64,000 nt of DNA from a virus (Duplodnaviria; Caudoviricetes): positions 13,832 through 77,831 of IMG/VR virus record IMGVR_UViG_3300026484_000545. One strand, 5' to 3'. Both the position numbers and the translations under genes were made by a program. Positions 48,984 to 58,001 of this stretch are shown here, piece after piece; positions within the stretch are counted from its first letter, which is position 1; every line of letters begins with the position of its first letter. The notes beneath the pieces are model-generated. The model saw only the letters and a program-made list of their open reading frames with translations, did not search any database and was not told the DNA's origin.

Positions 48984-49289
48984 TTAAAATTCTTTTCTGA
49001 TTCTAATTCCGAGTTTCTTTTCGCAGTTATTTTTACGATATAATTCCGCAGCTTTCTTTGCGATATCAAAGTAGTGATATTCGCTAGCTCTTAAGTATGC
49101 TGCAAATAATAATCCACAATGATATTTACAGTCATCAGTCATAACTGGAAATGCTAAATCTTCAGGTCTTAAAAAGGCTTTTTTACCACATTTTTTAAGT
49201 AATTGCTTTCTCCAAGTTCTAGTATGCACTTTTTGTTGTAAACTTGCAGGAATAATATCGGTTCTAACTTCAAGTAGTACTGAATACAT
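48984..49289 (-). CDS. Small Cys-containing hypothetical protein
   Basis: KCGKKAFLRPEDLAFPV...C...CGLLFAAYLRA. Confidence 0.7.
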   Translation of the reverse strand: MYSVLLEVRTDIIPASLQQKVHTRTWRKQLLKKCGKKAFLRPEDLAFPVMTDDCKYHCGLLFAAYLRASEYHYFDIAKKAAELYRKNNCEKKLGIRIRKEF

Positions 49290-49381
49290 GGTAGCTTCCT
49301 CCCACGTTGAGTTTATGTAATTTAAAAAACAAAACGATTATTTTAGATTTTCACTAAATTAAAAGAAGGTGGTTATGGAGG

Positions 49382-49831
49382 ATGTATGATATCAGGTATC
49401 CATTTGAAAAGCTAACAACAAATGATAATATTTATTGTGCAATTATTGGATCAACATTATGGATTAAATGGTATGATAACGTTATTAGCTTAGATTCTGA
49501 TTTAAATTCCATTAATCGAACTACGCTTCCTAAATACATTCGACTATTTTTATATTACCTTGACAAATATACGCTCCACGCGTTTTTAGAATACTTGATC
49601 CAAAATAACTTCGTGTTTCTATTTGACTTTCAAAATTTACAAGGATTTATTGCAAATGAATCATGTCAGTGTTTATTTAAAAACAATACTGCAACTATAA
49701 ATAGCTATTTACCTGCAATGTTTATGTTTTATCATAAGTTTCATACGCGAAAAGTTCATAAGAAAATTTTCTACAATCATCGTTCGGATATTAATCTGTT
49801 TAATAGGTTTTTTAAACAATTACGCTCATAA
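49382..49831 (+). CDS. Hypothetical protein
   Basis: 149-aa ORF with RBS. Confidence 0.65.
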   Translation: MYDIRYPFEKLTTNDNIYCAIIGSTLWIKWYDNVISLDSDLNSINRTTLPKYIRLFLYYLDKYTLHAFLEYLIQNNFVFLFDFQNLQGFIANESCQCLFKNNTATINSYLPAMFMFYHKFHTRKVHKKIFYNHRSDINLFNRFFKQLRS

Positions 49832-49845
49832 CTGGAGGTACTGAT

Positions 49846-50040
49846 GTGTTATACAAGGAGATATGTGAAGAAATTGCAAACGAATTAAATACTAGCTCAA
49901 ATCAAGTACGATTTGTAATTGATCGATTTTTCGAAAAATTGCTTGAATTATCTTCGCATAATGTAGAATTTGAAATTCCAGGATATGGACGTCTTAGAAC
50001 GTTAAAACGAAAAAAATATATTGAATTAAAAGGAGTGTAA
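49846..50040 (+). CDS. HU/IHF-like DNA-binding protein (short arms)
   Basis: EIANELNTS..QV...FEIPGYGRL matches the HU helix-helix-(I.GFG.F) pattern. Confidence 0.65.
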   Translation: MLYKEICEEIANELNTSSNQVRFVIDRFFEKLLELSSHNVEFEIPGYGRLRTLKRKKYIELKGV

Positions 50041-50042
50041 TA

Positions 50043-50438
50043 ATGGCTACAAAAGCAGTAGGAAACTGGACTAACGCAGAGTATCGTAAGATTAGAGCAT
50101 TTTTAACCCTCGCCCTATTTAAACATGATGGATCGTATACTAAATTTGCAAGAAAATATGGTGTAAGAACGTACTCTGATTTCTACAAAGTATTCAAAAC
50201 TATTAAGGAAAACCTTAAAAAAGACAGAGAAGGTATTGCATTTGAGATTATCATTGACATGGCAAAATCTGTCGTTGGAAGATTGAAACCGAGAATGCAA
50301 TCAACGCTTGGAATTGATGCAACTTTTGCAGCATTTGTATACGTATTGAGAACCATTGCATTTATTTTAGATGATCTTAAGACATTAAAAGTTGCACTTA
50401 AGAAAATGGACGACGAAAATAAATCCCGCAAAAAGTAA
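50043..50438 (+). CDS. Basic hypothetical protein
   Basis: AGGAG RBS. Confidence 0.7.
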   Translation: MATKAVGNWTNAEYRKIRAFLTLALFKHDGSYTKFARKYGVRTYSDFYKVFKTIKENLKKDREGIAFEIIIDMAKSVVGRLKPRMQSTLGIDATFAAFVYVLRTIAFILDDLKTLKVALKKMDDENKSRKK

Positions 50439-50445
50439 TACTGAG

Positions 50446-50484
50446 AATGTAGGCGGTTGTGTTAATGGCCGCCTACATTTTTTG
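50446..50484 (+). terminator. Intrinsic terminator
   Basis: AATGTAGGCGG/CCGCCTACATT stem then T tract. Confidence 0.85.
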
Positions 50485-50544
50485 TCTCGAACAGATCTGT
50501 GTAAATAAAAGCATGATTTTAAAATAAAAAGGAGGTATTACAAG

Positions 50545-51237
50545 ATGTTTTACGAAATTGGAAAAGAATTTGAGGTATGTTTTGCACACCGTGTAAGAAC
50601 TCAGGATCATCCTTTAGGTAAATGCAAAAGAATTCATGGACATAATTACACAATTGTCCCTATTTTAATAGGAGATATTGATACAAAAACCCAAATGGTT
50701 TTAGATTACTATTACTTTTCCGACTTCAAAAAGTTTTTAGATGAGTATTTCGATCATCGTTTTGTTGTTGATATAAATGATGCTGAATTACTCTCCGAGC
50801 TAGCTATCAAAGAGGATACTACAATTGAAATTTGTACGCCATATACTAAAGAATCCTGTAAATTTAGTGAAATTCCTGAAAAAGAAGGTTGCTGTAATTT
50901 ATGGCTTGCAAAAGTAATTGATGACTCTATTATAAAAGGATCCTTGATAATAATTCCAGTTACGCCTACTGCAGAAAATCTAGCAAAATTTTTAGCAGAA
51001 TTTTTTGCACATCAACTCATTACAAAATTAGACGATAGAATTTTACAGAATATTCGTACACTAGGAATGAAAGTAAAAGAAACTTCAAAAACCCATGCAT
51101 TATACGGATTAGATTTTTCAGAACTTTATCAAAATCTTACAGATATTGAGGAAATGTTAAGTCCAGATGAAAATTTAACAGAGTTACTTACAGAAGAAGC
51201 ACTTACAGAATTTATACAAGAGGAGGAGGAAAAATAA
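50545..51237 (+). CDS. queD: 6-carboxy-5,6,7,8-tetrahydropterin synthase (QueD/PTPS family)
   Basis: FAHR, CKRIHGHNY, FDH, PTAENLA, KET. Confidence 0.9.
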   Translation: MFYEIGKEFEVCFAHRVRTQDHPLGKCKRIHGHNYTIVPILIGDIDTKTQMVLDYYYFSDFKKFLDEYFDHRFVVDINDAELLSELAIKEDTTIEICTPYTKESCKFSEIPEKEGCCNLWLAKVIDDSIIKGSLIIIPVTPTAENLAKFLAEFFAHQLITKLDDRILQNIRTLGMKVKETSKTHALYGLDFSELYQNLTDIEEMLSPDENLTELLTEEALTEFIQEEEEK

Positions 51238-52037
51238 TGATGCTCCCAATTGAGTCAAATTATATTCCAAAAAAGTATTACGCACTTGTTGCAAAAATTT
51301 GCGTAACAAAACTTGTTTATCCCGAAGAAAACTATCTCTCAAATCTAGTATCCAGCGTAAATAACATATCAGATATCAATATGTATCTTGATACACTTGT
51401 TAAAAGAAAACATTACTCAATTTTTGGAACGCTTTATTACACAACGGAAAATCCTAAATACTTTGGAAAATACAAATGTTTTAAGCTCAACAACAATTTA
51501 TATGCAATAACTTTGCGTCATATTCTTGAAGAGAATCCTAACGGATTCTCCCTCTCTACATTTTCCGACATTGATTTTAATCTTGATTTTACAAAGCTTT
51601 CCAGACATGTGTATGTAGTTTACGAAGATGAAATACAGCTTTCGGTTTTGTTTGTAGGAGTTTCTAGAGTATTTACTCATCAACTTGTAAGACATACAAT
51701 TTTTAACTTTATGCAGGTTTCCAATAGGTATACTACAATTGAAAAAGAAATCTTCAGATATCTCGACGATTTAATTTCCGACAATCCATTTTTAAATCTA
51801 GAGCTTATTCAACTTATGCAAGAAAGTTTGTCAATTTATAGAACTCTACTTAATTCTGGAATAAGAAAAGAATATGCTAGATATGTTGCACCAATGGGTA
51901 CCCCAACCGTAATCTTTGTAAATGGCTTGAAAGAACATTGGTATAAACTACTTGAAACTCGTCTTAAAGATGCAAGTCAATATGAATTTAAAAAACTAGT
52001 ATATCCAATTGCTAAATATTTACATTATTCAAATTAA
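51237..52037 (+). CDS. thyX: Flavin-dependent thymidylate synthase
   Basis: HYS, SRVFTHQLVRH...QVSNRY, EYARYVAP, SQYE. Confidence 0.9.
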   Translation: MMLPIESNYIPKKYYALVAKICVTKLVYPEENYLSNLVSSVNNISDINMYLDTLVKRKHYSIFGTLYYTTENPKYFGKYKCFKLNNNLYAITLRHILEENPNGFSLSTFSDIDFNLDFTKLSRHVYVVYEDEIQLSVLFVGVSRVFTHQLVRHTIFNFMQVSNRYTTIEKEIFRYLDDLISDNPFLNLELIQLMQESLSIYRTLLNSGIRKEYARYVAPMGTPTVIFVNGLKEHWYKLLETRLKDASQYEFKKLVYPIAKYLHYSN

Positions 52038-52052
52038 TTTAACTGGGGCATT

Positions 52053-53225
52053 TTGCAAATGCTTAAATACAATGCTTTAATACAAACTCGTAATAAATTT
52101 AAGTTTGCGCATCAATTAAGGTACTCCGATTTTTTTGTTGAAAGCTACGATTACACTCATTTGCATTACGTACATGAATATATTTCAGGATATGCAATTG
52201 CAGGTAGTATTCAAAAAATCACTCAATTTAGAGATAACCGAGTTTTGTATCTTGAGGTAAATGGAGGAGGCTATTTTTATATTCATCCCTATTCAAAGGT
52301 ACTCACCATTGATCGTAATACCAATACGTATCAATGGATACGAGCACAAGATTTAACGTTGGGAACTCTACTGGAAACTGGTTCTTATAAACAGGAAGTT
52401 GTGTATCTAAAATCGTATAACTTTGATACTCTTTTTATATCCATTGATGCTGCACCATATCATAACATTCTTACTTTTTCCTTTAATAATCATATTGTGC
52501 TATCATCAGATTTTCCTCCGTTTTACGTCCTACTGATTCCTATGTATTTTTCCATTTTAGATGACGCTCAGTATAACACCTTGCTTACTGGGTTACAAAA
52601 TCCTTATTTATCAGCATTTATCATTATCAATCCAAATTCAGGAATTACTGATGATTTATTTGAAACATACAAAACAAATCCCGTAATTCAAGAAAGATTA
52701 AAAGAACTCAGAAAATATGCCAAGCTATTTGGATACGTACCTACAGGTTATGCAAAAGATCTTGGAAGACTTGATGAAATTAAACACCAAATTGATCTGT
52801 ATAAAGCTTTAGACTTTGAGGGAATATTTTTCGATGAATGCTATTCAAGCCCTGATATGGCAATTATATCGTATTACAAAGAGATGACGGATTATGCTCA
52901 TAAACTGCAAATGGAATCAATTGGGAATTTTGGCGTAAGTCCTATTGATAGTATTTATTGGGTGTTTTTCGATTATCTAGTTGCATTCGAAAATTCATGC
53001 GATAATTTTAGTATTGATAAAGTACAATTAAAACCAAATACATGTGTAATTATTCACTCATGTTCTGATTATAATAGCACTTTATCAGAGCTTGTATCAA
53101 ATACAATAACCTACTTTTACATTACTGATCGCGACTATATTTATCTTCCAAGTTACTTTACAGAGTTATGCCAAAGTGTATCACAGTATAATGCTGATTT
53201 AATTGAAACCTATGGAACTTCATAA
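52053..53225 (+). CDS. Degenerate Hint domain fused to a spherulin-4/GH135-like glycoside hydrolase
   Basis: N-term WIRAQDLTLGT..V...YHNI; C-term IPMY, IINPNSG, GYVPTGY, GIFFDE, VAFEN, YITD, LPSYF. Confidence 0.75.
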   Translation: MQMLKYNALIQTRNKFKFAHQLRYSDFFVESYDYTHLHYVHEYISGYAIAGSIQKITQFRDNRVLYLEVNGGGYFYIHPYSKVLTIDRNTNTYQWIRAQDLTLGTLLETGSYKQEVVYLKSYNFDTLFISIDAAPYHNILTFSFNNHIVLSSDFPPFYVLLIPMYFSILDDAQYNTLLTGLQNPYLSAFIIINPNSGITDDLFETYKTNPVIQERLKELRKYAKLFGYVPTGYAKDLGRLDEIKHQIDLYKALDFEGIFFDECYSSPDMAIISYYKEMTDYAHKLQMESIGNFGVSPIDSIYWVFFDYLVAFENSCDNFSIDKVQLKPNTCVIIHSCSDYNSTLSELVSNTITYFYITDRDYIYLPSYFTELCQSVSQYNADLIETYGTS

Positions 53226-53247
53226 ATCCAATAGGAGGCAGTAAATC

Positions 53248-53415
53248 ATGCAAGAATTTGTAAGAGTTCATATGTATTGTCCAAACTGTAGACGTTATAC
53301 AATTGCATTTTTTAATCTAAAGGATAATGTAATGATTTGTAACGAATGTGGGTATTCCTACTTTATATGTGAGGATGAAGACGATTTTAAAATGGAGGTT
53401 GAATTTAATGGCTAG
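53248..53415 (+). CDS. 55-aa Zn-ribbon protein (not in ORF track)
   Basis: AGGAGG RBS; CPNC...CNEC. Confidence 0.7.
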   Translation: MQEFVRVHMYCPNCRRYTIAFFNLKDNVMICNECGYSYFICEDEDDFKMEVEFNG

Positions 53416-53800
53416 AGCCGCGGGATTTTGCTTTAACAAAACCGGTGATAAGATATTAATGATTCTAGTGTCGGTAAATGGAACTACTTATTGGTCTTTA
53501 CCCGGCGGAACGATAGAAGAAGGCGAATCTCCAGAAGATGCTTTTATTCGCGAGGTTAAAGAAGAAACTAATTGTACAATCAAAATACTAAAGCCTCTGG
53601 GATCGCATCAATTTAAATCAAAGACAGTGTACTTTTTTCTAGCGCAGGTTATTCGCTATATTCCTAAACCACAATATGAAGAAAATATAATAAAAGTTGA
53701 GATGAAACCTGTTTCTGAAGCATTTCAATTAATTAAAAATCCAGTTTACAAAAAATTCTTTAAACTTGCCCTTGACGAATTCCATAAACTAAAGCGATAA
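53408..53800 (+). CDS. Nudix hydrolase
   Basis: [22 protein letters not shown] Nudix box; start moved to MARAAG after GGAGG. Confidence 0.92.
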   Translation: MARAAGFCFNKTGDKILMILVSVNGTTYWSLPGGTIEEGESPEDAFIREVKEETNCTIKILKPLGSHQFKSKTVYFFLAQVIRYIPKPQYEENIIKVEMKPVSEAFQLIKNPVYKKFFKLALDEFHKLKR

Positions 53801-54553
53801 ATGCTATTTGAAGTAGTTGTTTCAGCCAATGTATCTTTCCATGATTTTTCCACTGAAAATAAAAGTGATTACATTGAAACTTATGTTGTAAATAAACAAC
53901 AGGTATATATCGATCCTCGAGTTCAAGTAAATTATACAGGTGCCGGTTCACTTATTGAAATAAGTCGTATGAATTACAATATACGTAAAAAGTGTGAGGA
54001 AGCAATTGTAACATATCAAATGGATAAGTTTTACGGTTCAATTTCAATTATTACGCATAAAATACCTGAGGCATTCGTTTGGACTCATAATTTTGCAAAT
54101 TATCAGGTTTCCAGCAACTATATTGAAACTATCGTGAAAGAATCGCATAAAAATATAAATCCTTGTGTTTTTACTCACCTTGCAACTTATGAAACAATTG
54201 TAAACGACGGGCGTTTACAAGGTTTATTTACTAGCGTATATGCAGACTGCTATCTACAAATCTTAGATTATGCGCAATTATTATTTATAGGACACGTTTC
54301 TGATGTAAAATTACAAAACGACGTAACTTTAAAATTCAAAGTACCCTTTAGTCATAAATGTGCATTATTAAAATTACCACAATATACCCTACTTTCCAAA
54401 TCAAGCGATAGAATTAGCATTGAGAATAATATCGTTTATTATCATGCAACTGTTAATCAAGGTTCAGATGAACTAGTTGTACAATTTACAAATGGTGCAA
54501 AATTAACATGTATTTTCGAAATCATTCCAAATTTAGCCATCTACTACCTATAG
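53801..54553 (+). CDS. Hypothetical beta-rich protein (probably structural)
   Basis: 250-aa ORF. Confidence 0.65.
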   Translation: MLFEVVVSANVSFHDFSTENKSDYIETYVVNKQQVYIDPRVQVNYTGAGSLIEISRMNYNIRKKCEEAIVTYQMDKFYGSISIITHKIPEAFVWTHNFANYQVSSNYIETIVKESHKNINPCVFTHLATYETIVNDGRLQGLFTSVYADCYLQILDYAQLLFIGHVSDVKLQNDVTLKFKVPFSHKCALLKLPQYTLLSKSSDRISIENNIVYYHATVNQGSDELVVQFTNGAKLTCIFEIIPNLAIYYL

Positions 54554-54575
54554 TCGAAAATTTCTATTTAAAAAG

Positions 54576-55367
54576 GTGTCTACGGATATGCAAATTGATT
54601 TGAGCAATGTAGTTTTAAATAGAACGTTTCTACTACCAAAGATTGATTTAGGACTTGATAAAAAATATTACGAAAGAAAAGCACTTAAAAATAAAAATAT
54701 CTTAGATATTCAGTTTCAAGATGATGCGGTATTTTTACCTGATTTATTTATACCTGAGGATAAGTTTGAGGATAAATATCAGGAGTATTCTAGAGCAGAT
54801 TATCTCGATTTTTATACATCGCTTTCTACTATTTCAGCTTTTCTTCACTTTATTCAGAATGAAGATAAGTTTGCTTATGTTGAGAAAAAAGCACTCGCAA
54901 AACTAATTGTTGATAGAATTACTCATGAATTTCAATTTAATGTGAATCTGCCCGAATTTGAAAACTTTGAGATTCTTAATATCCTGTATTTTAAACGTAT
55001 TCAAATTTTAAACATGATTTTTGCAATTTACTATATGCATGCGTTAAAAATTGCAAAAGCATACAAAAATCCACATTTACTTAGTATCTTGACGCGTTTA
55101 CTTCGGGATAAACAAAAAGCATCCAAAATAGTATCCGTATTTGAAGCACTTAAAGAAGTATGTTTTAGTGGAGCAATTTCTTTTCCAAGTCAAATTGCAT
55201 ATGTAAAGAAATTGAGCGAGTCATATGCTATTGACTCGCGTATTCTATGTATATTTTCCTATAATTTGGCATCAACTATTTTTAAATTTTATCAACAACT
55301 TCTTAATATTCCACCTATATATTTTGCATATTTCTATTTACTCCGAGTTATTTCAAAGTATGTCTAG
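54576..55367 (+). CDS. Hypothetical protein
   Basis: 263-aa ORF; start may be 54588. Confidence 0.65.
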   Translation: MSTDMQIDLSNVVLNRTFLLPKIDLGLDKKYYERKALKNKNILDIQFQDDAVFLPDLFIPEDKFEDKYQEYSRADYLDFYTSLSTISAFLHFIQNEDKFAYVEKKALAKLIVDRITHEFQFNVNLPEFENFEILNILYFKRIQILNMIFAIYYMHALKIAKAYKNPHLLSILTRLLRDKQKASKIVSVFEALKEVCFSGAISFPSQIAYVKKLSESYAIDSRILCIFSYNLASTIFKFYQQLLNIPPIYFAYFYLLRVISKYV

Positions 55368-55806
55368 TTACGGGATTTGAAAATAACTCTAGGATTTCTT
55401 TGTTATAAGATTTGATTGCGGAGGTTCTTTGTATACGCTTTAAAATGTCATCAATTGTTGCAAGAAACAATCTTTTTTGTGTAACATCTGATTTTACAAG
55501 AGTTCCCTTAATTGGAAAGTTATTTGTAGTCCATATATAGTAAAACGCCTTATAATCAGGAAAAATTATATACCAGTGTTTTATTTTGTCTTTTTGGATT
55601 TCACCAGATATTGCATATAGTGCTGTTGGTTTAACTGATTTTGGATAGGGAATCAAATTCATTTTAAATTTTGGGAATTCAATTATTGCAACTTTTCGAT
55701 GAGCAATGATATACATAAATTCATCTTCTGTAAAGCGATAGTCTTTGAGGATATTACTCTTAAGAAATCTAAAATCAGCCTCAGAATTTGAATAATATAG
55801 TCGCAT
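55348..55806 (-). CDS. Hypothetical protein
   Basis: GGAGG RBS. Confidence 0.65.
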   Translation of the reverse strand: MRLYYSNSEADFRFLKSNILKDYRFTEDEFMYIIAHRKVAIIEFPKFKMNLIPYPKSVKPTALYAISGEIQKDKIKHWYIIFPDYKAFYYIWTTNNFPIKGTLVKSDVTQKRLFLATIDDILKRIQRTSAIKSYNKEILELFSNPVTRHTLK

Positions 55807-55844
55807 ATTTCAACCTCCAAGTTTTTTAAAAGGAGCGTAGTACA

Positions 55845-58001
55845 ATGGGATATAAACTAACTCAACCTAGATGGATTAATCCAGGCGAACCAGTATTTGC
55901 AGATATTACTAATCGTCCAATTCAGGATTTATACCAAAATTTCTTAAATCACTTGACGTTCTTTTATGATCCAAGTGGAACTGACTATACTCGTTTTCCA
56001 AGCGCAGACGTTAATTTTACAATTCCTGAAAATACACTTTGTTTAGCAAACAATATTGATTCCGTTAATTATATTGAAGATGAAACTGGACAAGAAATTA
56101 AAAACGTTCAGTTTTACATTTATCAAGGAGGAGCATGGAATTTATTTAAGAGTCTCGATCTAACTAAAATTCCTAAGAATACCTATTTTTGGAGTACTCA
56201 AAAGCTAAAATGTAATACGTTTTATATTGGTGGTTTTCAATCAAGAGCAAAACAAGAAGTTGTTCTTGCAAATATCATTGATTCAAATTCAGTACAAGTT
56301 TTACCAAATCATAAATGCGTAATTCCTACTCTCGAAACGCTAAAGGCTCAAATTCAAGATATAAATGTATCCTCAGGAACTCTCGAAAATTGTACACTTA
56401 CAAACTCATCTCTAGATAACTCATCAATAGCAAACTCAACAATTAATAATACTACACTTATCAATTGTACTTTAGAAAATCCAGAGACAAATACCCTCTC
56501 TACCCAATCCTTAAATGTGGACTCTAATGCAAATTGTAAATCTCTTCATACCTCTACATTACAAGTAGATTCTAATGCTACAATTCAACTGGCATCTATT
56601 GAGAATGCAAATATTTCTCAAATTCAAGGAACTGAGTGTACTTACGATACTGGAACGTTTCGCGTTTTAAACGTTACTGAAACTTTTAATGGTCCTGCAA
56701 TTACAACTGATAATATTTCCTCAGGCATTATTGCGGGAGAAACTCTTACTGCCGATTCCGCTGTAATTGATAGCTTAACTACTCAAACATTAACTGTTGA
56801 ATCAAACGCAACTATTGCAAGCTTAAGTGGTACAAGTATTGAAGCTAAAAATTTAACTATTACAACAAATGCTCAAATAGATACTATAAATTCAACAACA
56901 ATTAATGCTAGTAACATACTTGCAAATACCCTTTCTACTCATTCGCTAAATGTAGATTTAAATGCGCAATTTGATGCAATAGATGCTACAGCTCTTGATG
57001 CAGATAACATAATAGCAAACATAGCAAGTATTCATTCATTAACTGTTGATTCAAACTCTCAGTTTAACGTAGTAAATACTACGTCACTTAATGCTAATAA
57101 TGCATCCGTAAATACTCTTCATACTACCTCTTTAAAAGTGGACTCAAATTCTCAATTCAACGCGATAAACTCTACTAAAATTGAAACCGGAAATATACTC
57201 GCAAATGCAATTAATATACATTCATTAAGTGTTGATTCAAATGCTACATTTAAATCCTTATCTGCGACAAATTTAAATGCGGATACTGTACATGTATCAA
57301 ATGATATAGAAACAGATACACTAACTGTATCTACAAGTGCTTCAATTCAAGATGCAACTGTGGATACTTTACAAGTTTCAACTAACGCGCAAATTAAACA
57401 GAGTTCAATTACTACATTAAGTGCTGCTAATGCTACAATCGATAATATAGATGCTACAGATATTGACACACAAACAATAACAGTTACAAATTTAAATGCA
57501 TCAAGCTTCAACTATCCTAATTTTATAAACAATTTTAGTGCAATCTTTACTACGGATACAAATGGTAAAGTACTCTTAAATGTGGAATCTCCTCTTATTT
57601 ATACAGATACCGGAATTAGTTTAGATTTAGCTGAAGTTGAAAAATATTTAGTTGCTGATGCTACTCATACATTAGGAGACAAAGTTATACATGTTAAAGA
57701 TGCTACAATTATTGTGGATTCTTCATCTGTAACTGAAATTACAGATACATCTTCAGGAACTGTTTATTATACTGCAACATATACCATTGATGCAAGTGTA
57801 ACTGTAGACGGTTATGAACTTGTAAATTACATGCTAGAGCAAATTCTTGCAACAGGTTTAAATCAATTAGATGGGATCGTGATTAATAAAGATGTTGCAA
57901 AAAAGCAAATTCAAATTATTTTAACTTTACCTTCTATACCATCAAAACAACTTGCTTTAGGTTATTCAATTTATGCAATTATGCGGCCTACGTTAACTTA
58001 G
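55845..58001 (+). CDS. Tail fibre/spike-like protein with beta-repeat shaft
   Basis: N-terminal GEPV.ADITNRP; many S/T/N-rich repeats (SL.VDSN.) with 5/15-aa period. Confidence 0.7.
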   Translation: MGYKLTQPRWINPGEPVFADITNRPIQDLYQNFLNHLTFFYDPSGTDYTRFPSADVNFTIPENTLCLANNIDSVNYIEDETGQEIKNVQFYIYQGGAWNLFKSLDLTKIPKNTYFWSTQKLKCNTFYIGGFQSRAKQEVVLANIIDSNSVQVLPNHKCVIPTLETLKAQIQDINVSSGTLENCTLTNSSLDNSSIANSTINNTTLINCTLENPETNTLSTQSLNVDSNANCKSLHTSTLQVDSNATIQLASIENANISQIQGTECTYDTGTFRVLNVTETFNGPAITTDNISSGIIAGETLTADSAVIDSLTTQTLTVESNATIASLSGTSIEAKNLTITTNAQIDTINSTTINASNILANTLSTHSLNVDLNAQFDAIDATALDADNIIANIASIHSLTVDSNSQFNVVNTTSLNANNASVNTLHTTSLKVDSNSQFNAINSTKIETGNILANAINIHSLSVDSNATFKSLSATNLNADTVHVSNDIETDTLTVSTSASIQDATVDTLQVSTNAQIKQSSITTLSAANATIDNIDATDIDTQTITVTNLNASSFNYPNFINNFSAIFTTDTNGKVLLNVESPLIYTDTGISLDLAEVEKYLVADATHTLGDKVIHVKDATIIVDSSSVTEITDTSSGTVYYTATYTIDASVTVDGYELVNYMLEQILATGLNQLDGIVINKDVAKKQIQIILTLPSIPSKQLALGYSIYAIMRPTLT

